Shown piece by piece: positions 13,989 to 28,600 of a DNA stretch of 64,000 nt. The notes under the pieces are model-generated. The model was not told where the DNA came from and searched no databases. It saw only the letters and a program-made list of their open reading frames with translations. The DNA lies in the NCBI RefSeq assembly GCF_006345805.1, contig NC_043002.1, positions 84,134,001-84,198,000 on the forward strand, written 5' to 3'. The stretch is from Octopus sinensis. Its lineage: Eukaryota. How positions within the stretch are numbered: position 1 is the first letter of the stretch; every line of letters starts with the position of its first letter. Both the position numbers and the translations under genes were made by a program.

Positions 13989-15146
13989 AATTAGATGAAC
14001 TTGATTACCGAATAGATAAGGATTTCGATAGTTATATTAATGTATATATAATAGGAAAAGACAAAGAAATTTTGGAATTAAAAAAAAATCAATTGTTAGA
14101 TGCTGAGAAAAAAGTGAAGATCTGGAAATTTTAGGGAAAAAAACAACTAAAAGTAAGAGTGGTAAAGGTCATGTAGTTTGCAACGTCCCCGGTTGAACAG
14201 GAGAAACACTTAAGCAAGATCGAGTACAATGTGCGCTGAGTGAGAGAGCAAGACTGCAGCAACTGATGACGAAATGTTTCAGCATTTACTTAAATAGACA
14301 CTGAACAAGGACGTCGTGTTGTGTGCTGGTGTATGAAGGTTAGCGTGGAGTGGGAGAAAGTTGTTAAGCTTCTTTCTTTCATTACATGCGTGTAAATGAG
14401 TAAAGGTGTGTGTATGTGTATGAATGTGTGCAAATATATACGACATACATGCATACGTCAACGTACGTCGTTTCGAGTTACGTCTTTTTCGACATACGTT
14501 TTATTTTTTTAAAGAAATTAATAGGTAAAAATAAACCTCAACTGAAGTCGTTTGATCCGACTTTACGTCGGTCTCAGCAAACATATTTAAAAGCATAAAA
14601 ATTCAAATTTTAAAAAGAGTTAAAAACCAATAAGGAAGTGGAAAATCAGATATAAATATGTAAAATATTGTCATTTATTAAAACAGATATAAAAACTAGT
14701 AAATTTTTTTGAAAGTGCTTTTTCGTATTACGTCTTTTCGAGCCTAGTCGCATATTACCGACGTAAATTGAGGTATGGCTGTATGTGTGTGAATAGTGCA
14801 CTAAAAAACGATCTAGTCACTAGCTGTCAGAATAGATAAGACAATACTATCTATCAATGGATCTTTTCGGTTTGACCGGCAGTTTTTTCTAGCGGTGTCA
14901 TATGAAATTGTCACCCATAATTATGACCCTAGTATCGATCTATTGCATTTCAATCTGTTTTAGGGTTAGGGGTGGGGGAAAGGCTATCTTTTTTTCTTCA
15001 CAAATGTAAATTAAAAAAAAAACTAACAATGCATTATTGTATTTTGGTTTCTTTTTGAGTTTACAATCCCATGTTGGTTTGTATGTGTGTAAATGTAGAC
15101 GCAGTCTTGGCATTCTTTCATTTCGCAACCATGCGCAATAAATTAG

Positions 15147-15540
15147 GCGCAGGAGTGGCTGTGTGGTAAGTAGCTTGCTAACCAACCACATGGTTCCGGG
15201 TTCAGTCCCGCTGCGTGGCATCTTGGGCAAGTGTCTTCTGCTATAGCCCCGGGCTGACCAATGCCTTGTGAGTGGATTTGGTAGACGGAAACTGAAAGAA
15301 GCCTGTCGTATATATGTATATGTATATATATGTATGTGTGTGTCTGTGTTTGTCTCCCTAGCATTGATTGACAACCGATGCTGGTGTGTTTACGTCCCCG
15401 TCACTTAGCGGTTCGGCAAAAGAGACCGATAGAATAAGTACTGGGCTTACAAAGAATAAGTCCCGGGGTCGATTTGCTCGACTAAAGGCGGTGTTCCAGC
15501 ATGGCCGCAGTCAAATGACTGAAACAAGTAAAAGAGTATG
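15147..15540 (+). mobile_element. tRNA-head composite SINE, family A (representative copy)
   Basis: Head GGAGTGGCTGTGTGGTAAG...GGTTCAGTCCC, central TA/TG microsatellite, tail ...CAGTCAAATGACTGAAACAAGTAAAAG. Other copies: ~15828-16175(+), 18830-19175(-), 22915-23250(-), 35633-36000(+), 60057-60392(-), 61940-62350(+). Confidence 0.85.
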
Positions 15541-16518
15541 TGATTTCGGTTCCAGACCCTCGCCCAACTGCACGGCATCTACAGTAGCTTGGACTGGCCA
15601 ATGCTCTGCGGGTAAATTGAGTAAACAGAACATGCATGGAAACCTGTTATACACACACACACACACATGTGCGTATGCATTGCACGGTTTATGCATTGCT
15701 TACGCCACGACAATTTGGAAAGTTAGAGAACATAAAATAATTCGTTTTTATGGAGGGGGGGTATGACTCGAAGTAGATAAAGCTATAACAGCACGTAAAT
15801 ATTGGATTTAAAAACTTTATCTAGAGGCGCAGGCGTGGTTCTGTGGTAAGAAGCTTGCTTCCCAACCACATGGTTCCGAGTTCAGTCCCACTGTGTGGCG
15901 CCTCAGTCAAGTGTCTTCTACAATAGCCTTGGACGAACTAAAGCCTTCCGAGTGGATTTGGTGCACGTGTATATATCTGCGTTCGCTTTACAACCGGTGT
16001 TGGTGTGTTTACGTCACCGTAACTTAGCGGTTCGGCAAAAAAGACCGATAGAAAAAGTACCAGGCTTTAAAAAGAATAAATCCTGGGGTCGACTTATTCG
16101 ACTAAAAATTCTTCAAGGCAGTACCCATGCATGGGCGCAGTCTAATGACTAAAACAAATAAAAGATAAAAGATACTTGGAGTTCCACAGATAAAAACAAA
16201 TTACACACTTGCACACGCACCTGCAGATTGCCGTGGCGTGAAACTCGAGTCGCAAGACAAACTCATAGTTTCAATATTGAGAATTTTTTTCTCGTTCGTT
16301 CGACATAGAAAAACATACTTGTGCACGCACACACATACTGTTGTACTTTGAGAGTGTCGTTATGTATGTATGGATGGATGTGACCCCTTCACTGCTTGAC
16401 GGTGTTGGTTTGTTTACGTCCGCGTAACTTGGCAAAAGATCCGATGAAATAAGTAGTTGACTTAGAAATGCAATAAGAACTGGGGCGATCTGATCGACTA
16501 AACCTAGCACGGTCGCAG

Positions 16519-16791
16519 GGACCTTTTTCAATCTCAGTTACAGATTAAAAAAATTTTTTTTTAACTAAACAGTTTGAAACTTCGGATACTAGTTGAATGA
16601 GTCACGTAGAGCACGGTTTACTCTTATACCCAAATACGACAACTTGAACACGAAATAACTTCTAAAATACAAGATTTTGTCAAAAGCGTTAAGAGTAAAC
16701 CGTGTTCTACGTGACAGTACCCGAAGTTTCAAACTGTTTTAGTTAAAAAAAAAATTAATTAAAAAGTCTGTGACTGAGATTGAAAAGATCC
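16519..16791. mobile_element. Palindromic MITE of the same GGA(T/C)CTTT family, inserted into a SINE
   Basis: Termini GGACCTTTTTCAATCTCAG / CTGAGATTGAAAAGATCC. Exact 8-bp TSD GGTCGCAG at 16511-16518 and 16792-16799. Confidence 0.85.
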
Positions 16792-19007
16792 GGTCGCAGT
16801 CCAATGACTGAAACAAGTAAAGGAATAAAAGAACGTGTGTGTGCTGGCGCGGTCTCAGGAATTTTTCGAAAGGAAGACAATTCCAGTATAAAAAAAAAGG
16901 CGTCGTAACATTATTTAGAAGGGTGCACCGCGTTTCTTGAGAGAGGACACGTGTCCCTCGACCCCCACCCCACCCCTGGTTGGTGTGTGTGTGTGTGCGT
17001 GTGCGCGGCCCAGTGAAAATGTGTATCGTATCTATCCGTGTATATCTGTATACATGTCTGAAGATATCTGTATTGATAAACACTTAACATAGAAATACCT
17101 ACACACATTTTGCTCGACCTCATGTCACGAACGTTGATTTATGTACACATAACAATAGAAGGAAACAGCTTAAACTGTCTCATACTACTGATAGATGTAT
17201 ACATAGTGGAAATAAACAAAATAAATGCACGAACTTAGGCATATACACGTGCCCCCCCCCCTCCACCTGGACAGACTTTATTTTCTTACATTTTTCAGAA
17301 AAAAATTAATATTTTTAAATGAAATTTTCTATAATTATGCTTCAGCTGATGCAGATTGCGATTATATCGGAATTTGTCGTAAAAATTTTTTCTGAAGTGT
17401 TGAGAAGAAAGAGTAAAGAAAAATTCACACAAGTCGGCATTGTTTCCTCATAACTTCCAGAAAAATGGGTATTTCTTGGTGAAATTTTCAACAAATTCCT
17501 TTCAGATAGTGTAGATTACGATTATATTGGAAGTGAAGCCGAAAAATATAACTGGTGAGCGTACAAACATACACATTGGATTGATATATATCAAAATTTT
17601 TTTTTAAAATTTTGTAAATACATATATATCGAATTGAACCAGCCAGGATCCCTGGTCTGGTGGTACGTAAAAAGCACTATCCGACTCGTGGCCGATGCCA
17701 GCTCCGCCTCGACTGGCTTCCGTGCCGGTGGCACATAAAATACACCAATCCGACCGTGGCCGTTGCTAGCCTCGCCTGGCACCTGTGCAGGTGGCACGTT
17801 AAAAGCACCCACTACACTCACGGAGTGGTTGGCGTTAGGAAGGGCATCCAGCTGTAGAAACATTGCCAGATCCCCGGTCGAACCGTCCAACCCATGCTAG
17901 CATGGAAAGTGGACGTTAAACGATGATGATGATGATGATGTGATATGCGTCAGTGTGTGTGTGTATGTGTGTGCGTGCGTGCGACCACTGATTTTTGCTT
18001 CACATTAAATTCCGATATAATCATAATCGGCGATCTTTATCTACACTGTGTCAAGGATATTTGTAAAAAATTTCGTTGAAAAAAAGAAAAATAATAATTC
18101 GTTCGTTTATTGGTCACAAGGGCTAACAAAAATCAATTAAAACATAAAGGGACGAAATACAGGACGAAAGTTACAAAAGGTTTTGTCCGTTTGAAAAAGT
18201 CCGTGTACCTCCATGTAGGATAACAACGAAATGTAAGTAACAATTAAAACTCCCAATAGGGGGAGGCGCTTCGAAAGGTTACTCGTGGAAAAACCTATAA
18301 AAGCCACGGGAGCCTGGTCAAAAGGGGGGTAGAGAGCCCCTTTCTCCTTTTATATTTCCTTTTAATTTTCACAGGTGTATCCTCAGAATTGGTCCGTTCA
18401 TACTGGACATTCTTACGACATTCATCCACCTTTCAATAAACTTGCTACCAGACATCACTTCCCTCTCTACTCTCAATAATAATTAGTGGGTGCATTCACA
18501 ATTTTTCTCAAAAATTCATGTTTCATTTTCTTATATACATGATGTGTATATGTGTGTGCGCGTGCTCACTCGCCAATTTTTGCTTCACATTAAATTTCGA
18601 TATCATCATAATCTACATGGTGTGAAAGGTATTTGTAAAAAATTTCATAGAAACATCTGTTAGAAAGAATAGGTCCAGTACCACTCCTTTTGGGACAAAA
18701 ATACACCTTTCCGATTGTTATACAATGCTCTCAAGTTGTGAGAGTTAGCAGCCTGTTCCAATTCTTGGGTCTTTTGTGGCCCACCAAGAAATTTTTCACC
18801 CATACTCTTTTACTCTCTTTTACTTGTTTCAGTCATTTGACTGCGGCCATGCTGGAGCACCGCCTTTAGTCGAGTAAATCGATCCCGGGACTTATTCTTT
18901 GTAAGCCCAGTACTTATTCTATCGGTCTCCTTTGCCGAACCGCTAAGTGACGGGGACATAAACACACCAGCATCGGTTGTCAAGCAATGCTAGGGGGACA
19001 AACACAT

Positions 19008-19078
<71 letters not shown>

Positions 19079-19662
19079 TACGACAGGCTTCTTTCAGTTT
19101 CCGTCTACCAAATCCACTCACAAGGCATTGGTCGGCCCGGGGCTATAGCAGAAGACACCTGCCCAAGATGCCACGCAGTGGGACGTATTTTTTTGAGTAG
19201 TTTTCTGAGATGTATAAGAGATCTGAGTGATGTGAGTTTTTGTTTGAGATCCATGCCTTATACCATAAAGATACTGATTTTTTTTTTCAAAGAGCACAAC
19301 TCTAGATGAATATTCCCCGTTGAACTTTTCTATCCTATTTCTCGTTCTTTCTGTGCTGTTCCAGGATTTACTCCTGTATAGCGGGCGGATCTCCAAGCAT
19401 CACTCTCTATGTTGACTTTGCACTTAGTCCTGGCTCCTTTGTACATTCTAATCCCGCCCCTTTGATTGTAGCCAGAAAACTACATGCAGTGGATGAGGTG
19501 TTGTATGTATTTTTCCAATTCCATAAGGTCGCACATGCGAGACACATTCCTCATCACTCTAAGTCAGCTATAAAAATATTGAACTTGGCGTTGTCCGCAA
19601 TCGCTGCGTTCTTGTGAACAAGGGTACTTAGAGGCCATGGGTTTGGCATGATGGGAGTGAAG

Positions 19663-19890
19663 GCGGCGAGGTGGCAGAAACGTTAGTGCGCCGGGAGAAA
19701 CGCGTAGCCGTATTTCGTCTGCCGTTACGTTCTGAGTTCAAATTCCGCCGAGGTCGACTTTGCCTTTCATCCTTTCGGAGTCGATAAATAAAGAACCAGT
19801 TTCGCACTGGGTCGATGTAATCGACTTAATCCATTTGTCTGTCCTTGTTTGTCCCCTCTATGTTTAGCCCCTTGCGGTCAGTAAACAAAT
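19663..19890 (+). mobile_element. CORE-like SINE, family B (representative copy)
   Basis: GGCGGCGAG.TGGCAGAAACGTTAG...GGTCGACTTTGCCTTTCATCCTTTCGG with TSD ATGGGAGTGAAGG. Other copies: ~3440-3650(-), 10340-10550(+), 21425-21630(+), 21992-22225(+), 25400-25597(+), 26610-27012(-, two), 28762-28993(-), 63720-63880(+). Confidence 0.85.
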
Positions 19891-20061
19891 ATATAATGGG
19901 AGTGAAGGATCTGGACCTTACTGTTCTTAGTTTCTAGCCAGAGTGCTGTGTCCAAAACAGGTAGTCTATAGTTTGGGTGCTTGTTAGGGTAATAATCTAG
20001 TGGATGGAATTAGCTGTTTGCTGGATGCTCTCCATAGTGTTTAGCTTCTAGATCATCAACC

Positions 20062-20063
<2 letters not shown>

Positions 20064-20111
<48 letters not shown>
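20064..20111. repeat. (TG)n microsatellite
   Basis: Seen directly. Confidence 0.95.
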
Positions 20112-20115
<4 letters not shown>

Positions 20116-20862
20116 ATATATCAACTGATTCTGATAACATGACCCTGAAAACTACAATGGTGGGAACTGTTTGTTGTAGACGGAGGCAAGTAGCACAATA
20201 AAAAAGGACAAGGAAATTGAAAATGTCATTTTCTCACACTAATCACCCACATAAAGTATACTAAGTCACCTAATGTATTTCACGCAAAGGGTCATAGGAG
20301 GGGACAGTAAAACCAAACAGAAAGAGGAAATGGCACTCACTGATCGCCTTAACTGCATTTTAGAGGCTATGTGACACATTCTACTAGTATCCGAAGTTTC
20401 AAAGTGTTAAAAAAAAAAAATTAATCAAAAAAATCTGGCCGTCAAATTGAATAGATCCGCTATTTATAGTGTATTAGTTGTCTTGTTTATATTAAAGTTC
20501 TTTATATCCAGCCAGAGTTGCAAGAACTAGCTACAGTAGGTGGTGGGAAGTTGCAAAACAGGAAGATGTAGGAGATACATAACCAGATTGATTGACAATT
20601 ATATTCACACGTACGTTTGAATTTGGTTGATGTATGCAATGTTTTAAACAACCACTGCAACATTTATGTTAATCGTAAGAAAAACTGACCGATACGAATT
20701 TTAAAACATGTACGAGATGTGTCCGTGTGTGCGTTTAGAATTCACAGTTCATGAGAAGGGACTTGAAATCCCGCCATAATGAACTTAGGTATGCCGTTTT
20801 GGTTTCTTTATCAAACCAGCAGAAATATGTACCTAAAACCAAAAATTGACTAATTTTATTTA

Positions 20863-21343
20863 CTGTAAATCCTCGAGTATAGTCCGCCCTTGAGTATAAT
20901 ACGCAGGGGATTTTTAGGGGGATGTACCACTGAAAAACCTAAACCTTGTGTATAATATGCACCCCTTCTTTAACTTGAGTCAAGGAGGTCTATATAACGT
21001 CCTTGGTTTGTAAAAATGTATATGATAACGTCCTTTATTATTATTGTATCTATAACATAATGCAAACGTGTAGCTTTTTTGTACATTTTGTTTGCAGAAA
21101 ATAAAGAAATAACAGTAATAACGTTTAATAAATTTTGCTCACTGCATGTTATGGATGATTTAAGGTATTTTTGCGCCCGATATCACAAAATGCGTCTGAA
21201 TAAACATTGCCGGACAGCAAATAGAGACTCGGACATTACTTGGGAAATAATTTTCATTTTTAACCTCGTATATAACACGCACTAGGGATTTTGACCTTTA
21301 AATTTTTTGGGGGAAAATGCGGATTATACACGAGGATTTACGG
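20863..21343. mobile_element. pogo/Tc1-type MITE with TA TSD
   Basis: TA|CTGTAAATCCTCGAGTATAGTCCGC ... GCGGATTATACACGAGGATTTACGG|TA. Confidence 0.75.
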
Positions 21344-24300
21344 TATTTGAAACATTATGTTTATAAGTAAACAATCTTAACAGTGGAACAAAATTGTTGA
21401 TATATATAATATTCTTCTATTGTAAGGCGGCGAGTTGGCAGAATGGTTAGCACACCAGCGGAAATGCTTCGCAGCATTTTGTCCGTCATCAAACCGAGTT
21501 CAAGTTCCGCCATGGTTGACTTTGCCTTTCATCTTTTCGAAGTTGATAAAATAAGTACCTGTTGAGTACTGGTGTCATTGTTATCAACTTATCCCTCCCC
21601 TGATACCGCTGCCCTTGTGCCAAAACTTAAAACATTCTTATATTATTAACTCTACTCTATCTGCTATAGGCTTCATAAAGGTATTGTACCATGTTTTATG
21701 CAGGTGCTAAAATCTAGTTACTATTTAAGATTGCCTTATAGTTAATGCAGGCATCTCTTGTAAAAGCACATGGTTTAATGGTTAGGGTATGCAGCTCATG
21801 ATCATAAAGCTGTGAATTTGATTCCCAGCAGTGCATTGTGCCTTTGAGCAAGACACTTTATTTCACCTTGCTTCCAGTCCACTAAAAAGGAGTTGTACCT
21901 TTAATTCAAAAAGGGCCAGCCTTGTCACATCCTATGCCATGCTGAACATGCTGAATCTCCCTGACAACTATGTTAATGGTACATATCCCTAAGGCGGCAA
22001 GCTGGCAGAAACGTTAGCACGCCGAGCGAAATGCTTTGTGGTATTTCGTCCGCCGCTGCATTCTGAGTTCAAATTCCGCCAAGGTCAACTTTACCTTTCA
22101 TCCTTTCGGGGTCAATTAAATAAGTACCAGTGACGCACTGGGGTTGAGGTAATCGGCTTGATCTGTTTGTCTGTACTTGTTTGTCCCCTCTATGTTTAGC
22201 CCCTTGTGGGCAATAAAGAAATAGGTACATATCCCTATGGGGAGTTAGCCACTTGTATTTTAATTTCATGAGCAGATCGTTCCGTTGATCGGATCAACTG
22301 GAACACCTGTCATCGTAACCAACGGACAGCAGGCCATTCTTACTGAAAGTTACAGCCAAATTGGACAGAATTGTAGCTATCGTCTTCAACATCTGAAATA
22401 TTAATTTTTAAAAAGGCATAAGTAACACTCTCCCACCACCTATTTTCCTTCGCCCACAAGACAGATGCTTTTTGTCAATATAAGAAATCAAATTGATATT
22501 TACATAAATATAAAACAATTCTCACACAAAATTATTGAACAGAACAAAGCTTATCACAAAAGGTATATTTAAAAGAACATCATCATCAACAACAATCTGT
22601 CCTACTACATCTGTCACACTGCTAATAACAGAAATGTATTAAGACCAATTTAATCAATGAAGCTTAAATGTTGTTGCATGGATCCAGGTCAGCTCTGATT
22701 GAATAGATCGTGATCAAAATCAATCCAGTCAGGAACATTTTACCTTTTGAAGGACATCTGAGATTACATTATTTAATGTGTCTTTTCCTTTTGTAAGATG
22801 GTGGTGTGTGATTTATGGCTGCTCTGACTAGTAAGTTGAGCAACTACACAGGCTTTCTCAATGGTCTTTAACTGCATGTGTATTACTTACATAAATGCAT
22901 GAATACGACCTTGTATTCTTGTACTTGTTTCGGTAATTTGACTGTGGCTATGCTGGAGGACTGCCTTGAAGGGTTTGTTTTAGGGACATAGACACACCAT
23001 CGGTTATCAAGTGATAGCGAGGTGGGGAACAGACACAAAGACATGCACACATAAATATATACATATATGTGTGTGTGTATATATATATACGACGGGCTTC
23101 TTTCAGTTTCTGTCTACCAAATCCATTCACAAGGCTTTGGTTGGCCCAAGGTTGTAGTAGAGGACACTCGTCCAAGGTGCAATGCAGTGGTACTGAACCC
23201 AGATCCATGTGGTTGGGAAGCAAACTTCTGACCACACAGCCACGCCACGTTTTGTATACATAAGCAGAACGTGAAACAAATTCAGTTGAAATTAATATAT
23301 CGGTTTACATGTTCACATGAGAAGCCCCACGACCAAAGATATCCCAGTTTTTTTACGGTATAGTGCATTTAGAATATTATCCTAGATACATTTCCTTTTC
23401 TTTTAAAGCTGGTTAAGTGCATTTTCAAAGTCTTTTTAAAATTTAGATATTAAAACTGGGTCAAGGAGTTTGGTTTACTGAAATGAGGTCACAATAATAA
23501 AGGTTGAGAAGTGCTTGCTTGAATAGCAGTAAATTATCAAGTGATGGGAAGATGATTTAGTTACAGGATTTAGGCTAGGATGGAAAAAAAGGGTGCAATC
23601 AAGAAAGAACTGAAAGCACATTGGGACCAGCAGTATATAACATCTGATAATCTGGTCAATGCAGGTGGAATTAGAAAGTATTTGGATACGTTTGTAAAGT
23701 CCTAAATATCTGAAGGAGTACTTGGAGAAAACACTGTACAACTGAATCCTACTCAATAGTATCCACAAAAAAAAAAAAAAAATACATCAGTTGTATCTAT
23801 TTTTCCCTCCTGCAAGTTATATCTGAAACATACCATTAAGTACAGTGAAGTCAGTCATTAAATACCTTGAAGAGAGTGATTAAATATGCCGCACTGACAA
23901 ATGTCTATAGAAGACTTTGAATTCAAATCTGAAGTCTTCTGAGCTGCTTAATTATGAGACAGTAGTGAAAATAAATCAATGAATACATGTAATTATTTCT
24001 TTTATATAGAAAGTAAACATCCAAAATTCTGAGTGCAGTGGTATCATGTAAATATTTTTAAACACAAATCCATTTCCTTTCATAATCTTTCTATTCAACA
24101 GATTAAAATACTATCTATAACTGCATTTTCTAATCTGTTGATAGATATGGAAGACTTAAAATACATTCCATGTCTCAGGAAACCCTATATAATTTTATCA
24201 TTGTCATCACCATCACTATTTTAATGTTTGTTTTTCTATATTTGTTGAGGCAGATTTTCTCAAGCCCAATGCTCTTCCTGTCACCAACCCTCACCTATTT

Positions 24301-25199
24301 CTAAGCAACATTGAAAATGAATGGCACTGCTTGTATGACAGTGACACTCATTTACAGCAATCACTTTACATCAAGAAAAGGAAACAAATATATATGTGCA
24401 CACATACATATATACAACAGGCTTCTTTCAGTTTCCGTTGACCAAATCCACTCATAAGGCTTTGTTTGGCCTGGAGCTACAAGATGAAGACACCAGCCAG
24501 AGGTGCCATGCAGTGGGGCTGAATCTGGAATTATGAGGTTGGGAAGTAAAATTGTGAACCACACAGCCATATATGCATCTATATTATATATTTTTATTAA
24601 CCCTTAAGCATTTAATCAGGGCATATCCACCCTAAATATTCTGTTTTTTGTTCAAACCACCCAGATCTGGTGTTCTACACCTACCTTACAAAATCATTCT
24701 GGAAAAAACAATCACACCACCAAAATCTCAAAGCTATGAAATAATGCATGATTGATTCAAAACAATGTGAATAAATAAAACTGTCAGACTTCATACAGTT
24801 GGATTGAACCCCTAACCTTGTTGTTCTCAAGTGAACTTCTTAACCATACAGTCATACCAGTTATTTTTCAGTTTCAGTATTTTTACTTCATTTTATATGT
24901 GTTCTGTGGGCATGCACTGTGTATAAGCTGTTATGATGTTCTGTGTGCTGTTTCATGTTCTTTGTGTGATATTATTTAAAGTAATCATCCATATTAGCAG
25001 AGGAGAAATAACTTTAGATTCTCGATCAACTTTTGCAAATGCCTTTTTTTTGTGCTTCATTCTATATTTGTAATTTTATTATACACATACTGCAGATTTC
25101 TTAATGCAGGGAAATCAGCATTTGTTTGAAGTAATGTAACCTTATAGAGGGTGAGAGTAAAAAAGGACATTTTAATAGGGAATTGTAGGTAAATTTGGT

Positions 25200-25641
25200 T
25201 TAATCCTTTAGCATTCAGACTACTCTGTCAATTGTAATGCTTATTTATTCACATTGTTTTTAATTACTCATGCATTATCTCATAGTTTTGAGATTTCAAT
25301 GATGTGATTGTTTCTTTTTAGAATGTCATTGTAGGGTAGGTGTGAAAGGCTGGATCTGGCCAGTTTGAACATAAAATTGTTAGAATATTTGGGCCTGGTA
25401 GAAACGTTAGCATGCTGGGCGAAATACTTAGCAGTATTTCATCTGTCTTTATGTTCTGAGTTCAAATTCTGCTGAGGTCGACTTTGCCTTTCATCCTTTC
25501 AGGGTCAATTAATTAAGTACCAGTTGCATACTGGTTCGATTTAATTGACTGGCCCCCCTCCCCCAAAATTTGGGGCCTTGTGCCTGGAATAGAAAAGAAT
25601 ATTTGGGCCTGGTATGGCTGGTTTCAATGCTAAAGGTTTAA
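25200..25641. mobile_element. piggyBac-like (TTAA) MITE interrupted by a SINE
   Basis: TTAATCCTTTAGCATT ... ATGCTAAAGGTTTAA ends. Related copies near 24598 and 25778. A separate TTAACCC...GGGTTAA element at ~30114-30332. Confidence 0.6.
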
Positions 25642-28600
25642 ACAAAGTCTTTATATAAGATGAAGTTTCTTAAACCTTCTTGGTGACATCTGATAGATGT
25701 AGCACTGTCAAAATTTTCAAAGATAGTTTCATTTGTTTAATCTCTAATGAAATTTAACTTCATAAAAAAGAAAAAGATTAACCCTTTATCATTCAGATTA
25801 TTCTGTCAAATGTAATGATTATTTACTCACATTGTTTTGAATCAATCAAGCATTATCCCATAGCTTTGAGATTCTATAATATAGCTGTTGATCAATATCT
25901 TGTGAGTGAAAATGATAGATGAAAACAGTGGCCCAACATCATTTAACATCAGCTTTCCATGCTGGCATGGGTTAGATGGTTTAACTGAAACTGGTAAGCT
26001 GGAGAGATGCACCAGATTTCAATCTGATTTGGCATGTTTTCTATGGCTGGTTGCCGTTCCTAACACCAACGATTCCAAGAGTGTAATGGATGCTTCTTAT
26101 GTGCCACTGGCATGAGTGCCAGTTATGTGACACTGGCAATTCAATGTGTGTGTGTGACAGAGTCCCTATTCCTCCTCATCTTCACATCTACTCACTGATT
26201 GTAAGCAAAAGCATCACTGCTCATCTTGATGGTATTGTTTGTTTCTAGTCTTCCACTAACCTTGAGAGGGCAGTTCAATGTCCAATAAACTGGGAGGGTT
26301 GGTGTCAGGAAGGACGTCCAGCCATAGAAAATTTCTGTTCCAACATAGTCATGTCTGATCCATGTAAGCACAGAAAAGTAGACATTAAAACAATGATGAT
26401 GACCATCATCATAATGAACCTGGACATGCCAAAAACACAATAAGTGACTGTGGCATGTTTCAAACCGCCCCCCCCCCCCACTGTCTGTCTCTACACAAAG
26501 AATCACTTCCAAACACACAAACACATTTTCAACAGATCAGAAATAGACTGGATAGCAGAGAGAGCACAATAGCATGTGTTCAGATTGTCACATTACATAA
26601 CATACATATTCCTTTATTGCCCACCAAGGGCTAAACATAAAGGAGGCAGACAAAGGGATTAAGTCAATTACATCAGCCCCAGTGCGTAACTGGTACTTAA
26701 TTTATTGACCCCGAAAGGATGAAAGGCAAAGTCGACCTCGGCGGAATTGGAACGCAAAACGTAATGGCAGACGAAATACCTATTTATTTATTACCCACAA
26801 GGGGCTAAACGCAGAGGGGACAAACAAGGACAGACAAATGGATAAGTTGATTATATCGACCCCAGTGCATAACTGGTACTTATTTAATCGACCCCGAAAG
26901 GATGAAAGGCAAAGTTGACCTCGGCAGAATTTGAACTCAGAACGTAACAGGAGACGAAGTACTGCTAAGCATTTCGTCCGACGTGATAATGATTTGGCCA
27001 ACTCGCCACCTTAACGTTACATAACATACAGTTCAACACTGCATATTAGTGTGTTGAGTGTAGCCCTTAGCAAGACAGACACCCAATGTAAATGGGAAAA
27101 AGGACCTATAGGTTAAGTCTTGTTATTTGGCCACTTAACATTTCACAGAACTGTTCACTCAGGTCAGGTCTAATATCAAGTTATTTGCTGCATCATGCAC
27201 AACCATGATAGAGAAGATTTCATTTAACAACACACTACAACCTTTGACCTATAGTCAAGCTGGCTTCTCTTAATTTCTTCTACTACGACTACATTGGCAT
27301 CTGCATCCCTGAACTTGCTGACTGCACATATCACTTTCACACTGCTCAATTCACCAGTCACTCTTCCACTTAACACAATTATTGAATCACAACATAATGA
27401 CATACAGATCTTATACTAAACAGTTTCTCTGATCTTCCTGAGATTGACCTGTATAATTTTTTTAAACTTCTTTCTTATCCAAGGTTTTCCCTCAACTTTT
27501 ATTTTTCAACATTTCAAATGAGATTTAATTAAAAGTGAAATCTATTAGCTCCCATACATGTATTAGATAAATATAAGCTGGATCAAACCAGAAAACTGAA
27601 CACAAACATGCATGCACACACGCACACATGTGCAAGTATAACTGAATGGTTCAGAAGCTAGCTTTAGAACTACATGGTTGAGAGTTCACTCTTATTGCAT
27701 GGACACTATCGGCTAGTGTCTTCAAATATAGTTGTAGGTTGACTAATGCCTTGTGATAAAAATGCAGTAGATGGAAACTGGAAAAAAAGCCTCTTGTGTG
27801 TGTGTTTATCTCCCTCTTCCTGATATATAGGCATTGGCTGTAAACAAAGAGATATAATTCAAACCCAGTGTCATTTGTTTGCAATCCTCCATGAAAACAT
27901 GTCCTGGCTAGGGAAATATTAACTTATTTGGATACAGGCGAGAGCTGATGACAGGAAGAGCACCAACTTTCACTTGTAAAAAAGGAAGATGGAAATATAT
28001 ATAAATCCTGGTTTTAGAATAGGTACATCACATTCCTACATTTTGCAGCAGAGCTGTAAACAGTCTATCATGGGTAAGTCAGTCAGCCTTCAAAATCACT
28101 GTCTCAGAAAACACACGCACATACATATATTTCTACACAGAGACATATGCGAACTTTAGGTGACTAAAATATGCTTCTGATATATTTGAACTTCTAAAGC
28201 AAATTCACTTTAGTTACCATGAGGAAAACATTCTCTCTTGTAGTAAATGGTGTAAAAACACCATATCTGCCCAGTGCTGCCCCCTATTGGATTCCCAGAT
28301 GCATTTCTACCTCTTTAGCCACACACACACACAAACTTTAAGTTAGTTAAAATATGCTTGTGACATATTTCAAATTCTAAAGGCAAAATCACTGCAGTTA
28401 TTACAGAGAAAAAATTCTCTCTTATAGTAAAAAGTGTAAAAACACCATATCTGCTCAGTGCTACCCCTATTGATATAACCCATGCCAGCATGGAAGATGG
28501 ATGTTAAATGATGATGATATATGAAACAAAAATGAGTGAAGAGAAATAATCCAGACTGACCAGTGGCGTATATTTGAACAAGAAGTGGAAATAAGAGTAT

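Noticed and set aside
15147-15230. tRNA-like A/B-box sequences as tRNA genes
   Set aside because: They are heads of multi-copy SINEs followed by SINE bodies; no full cloverleaf.
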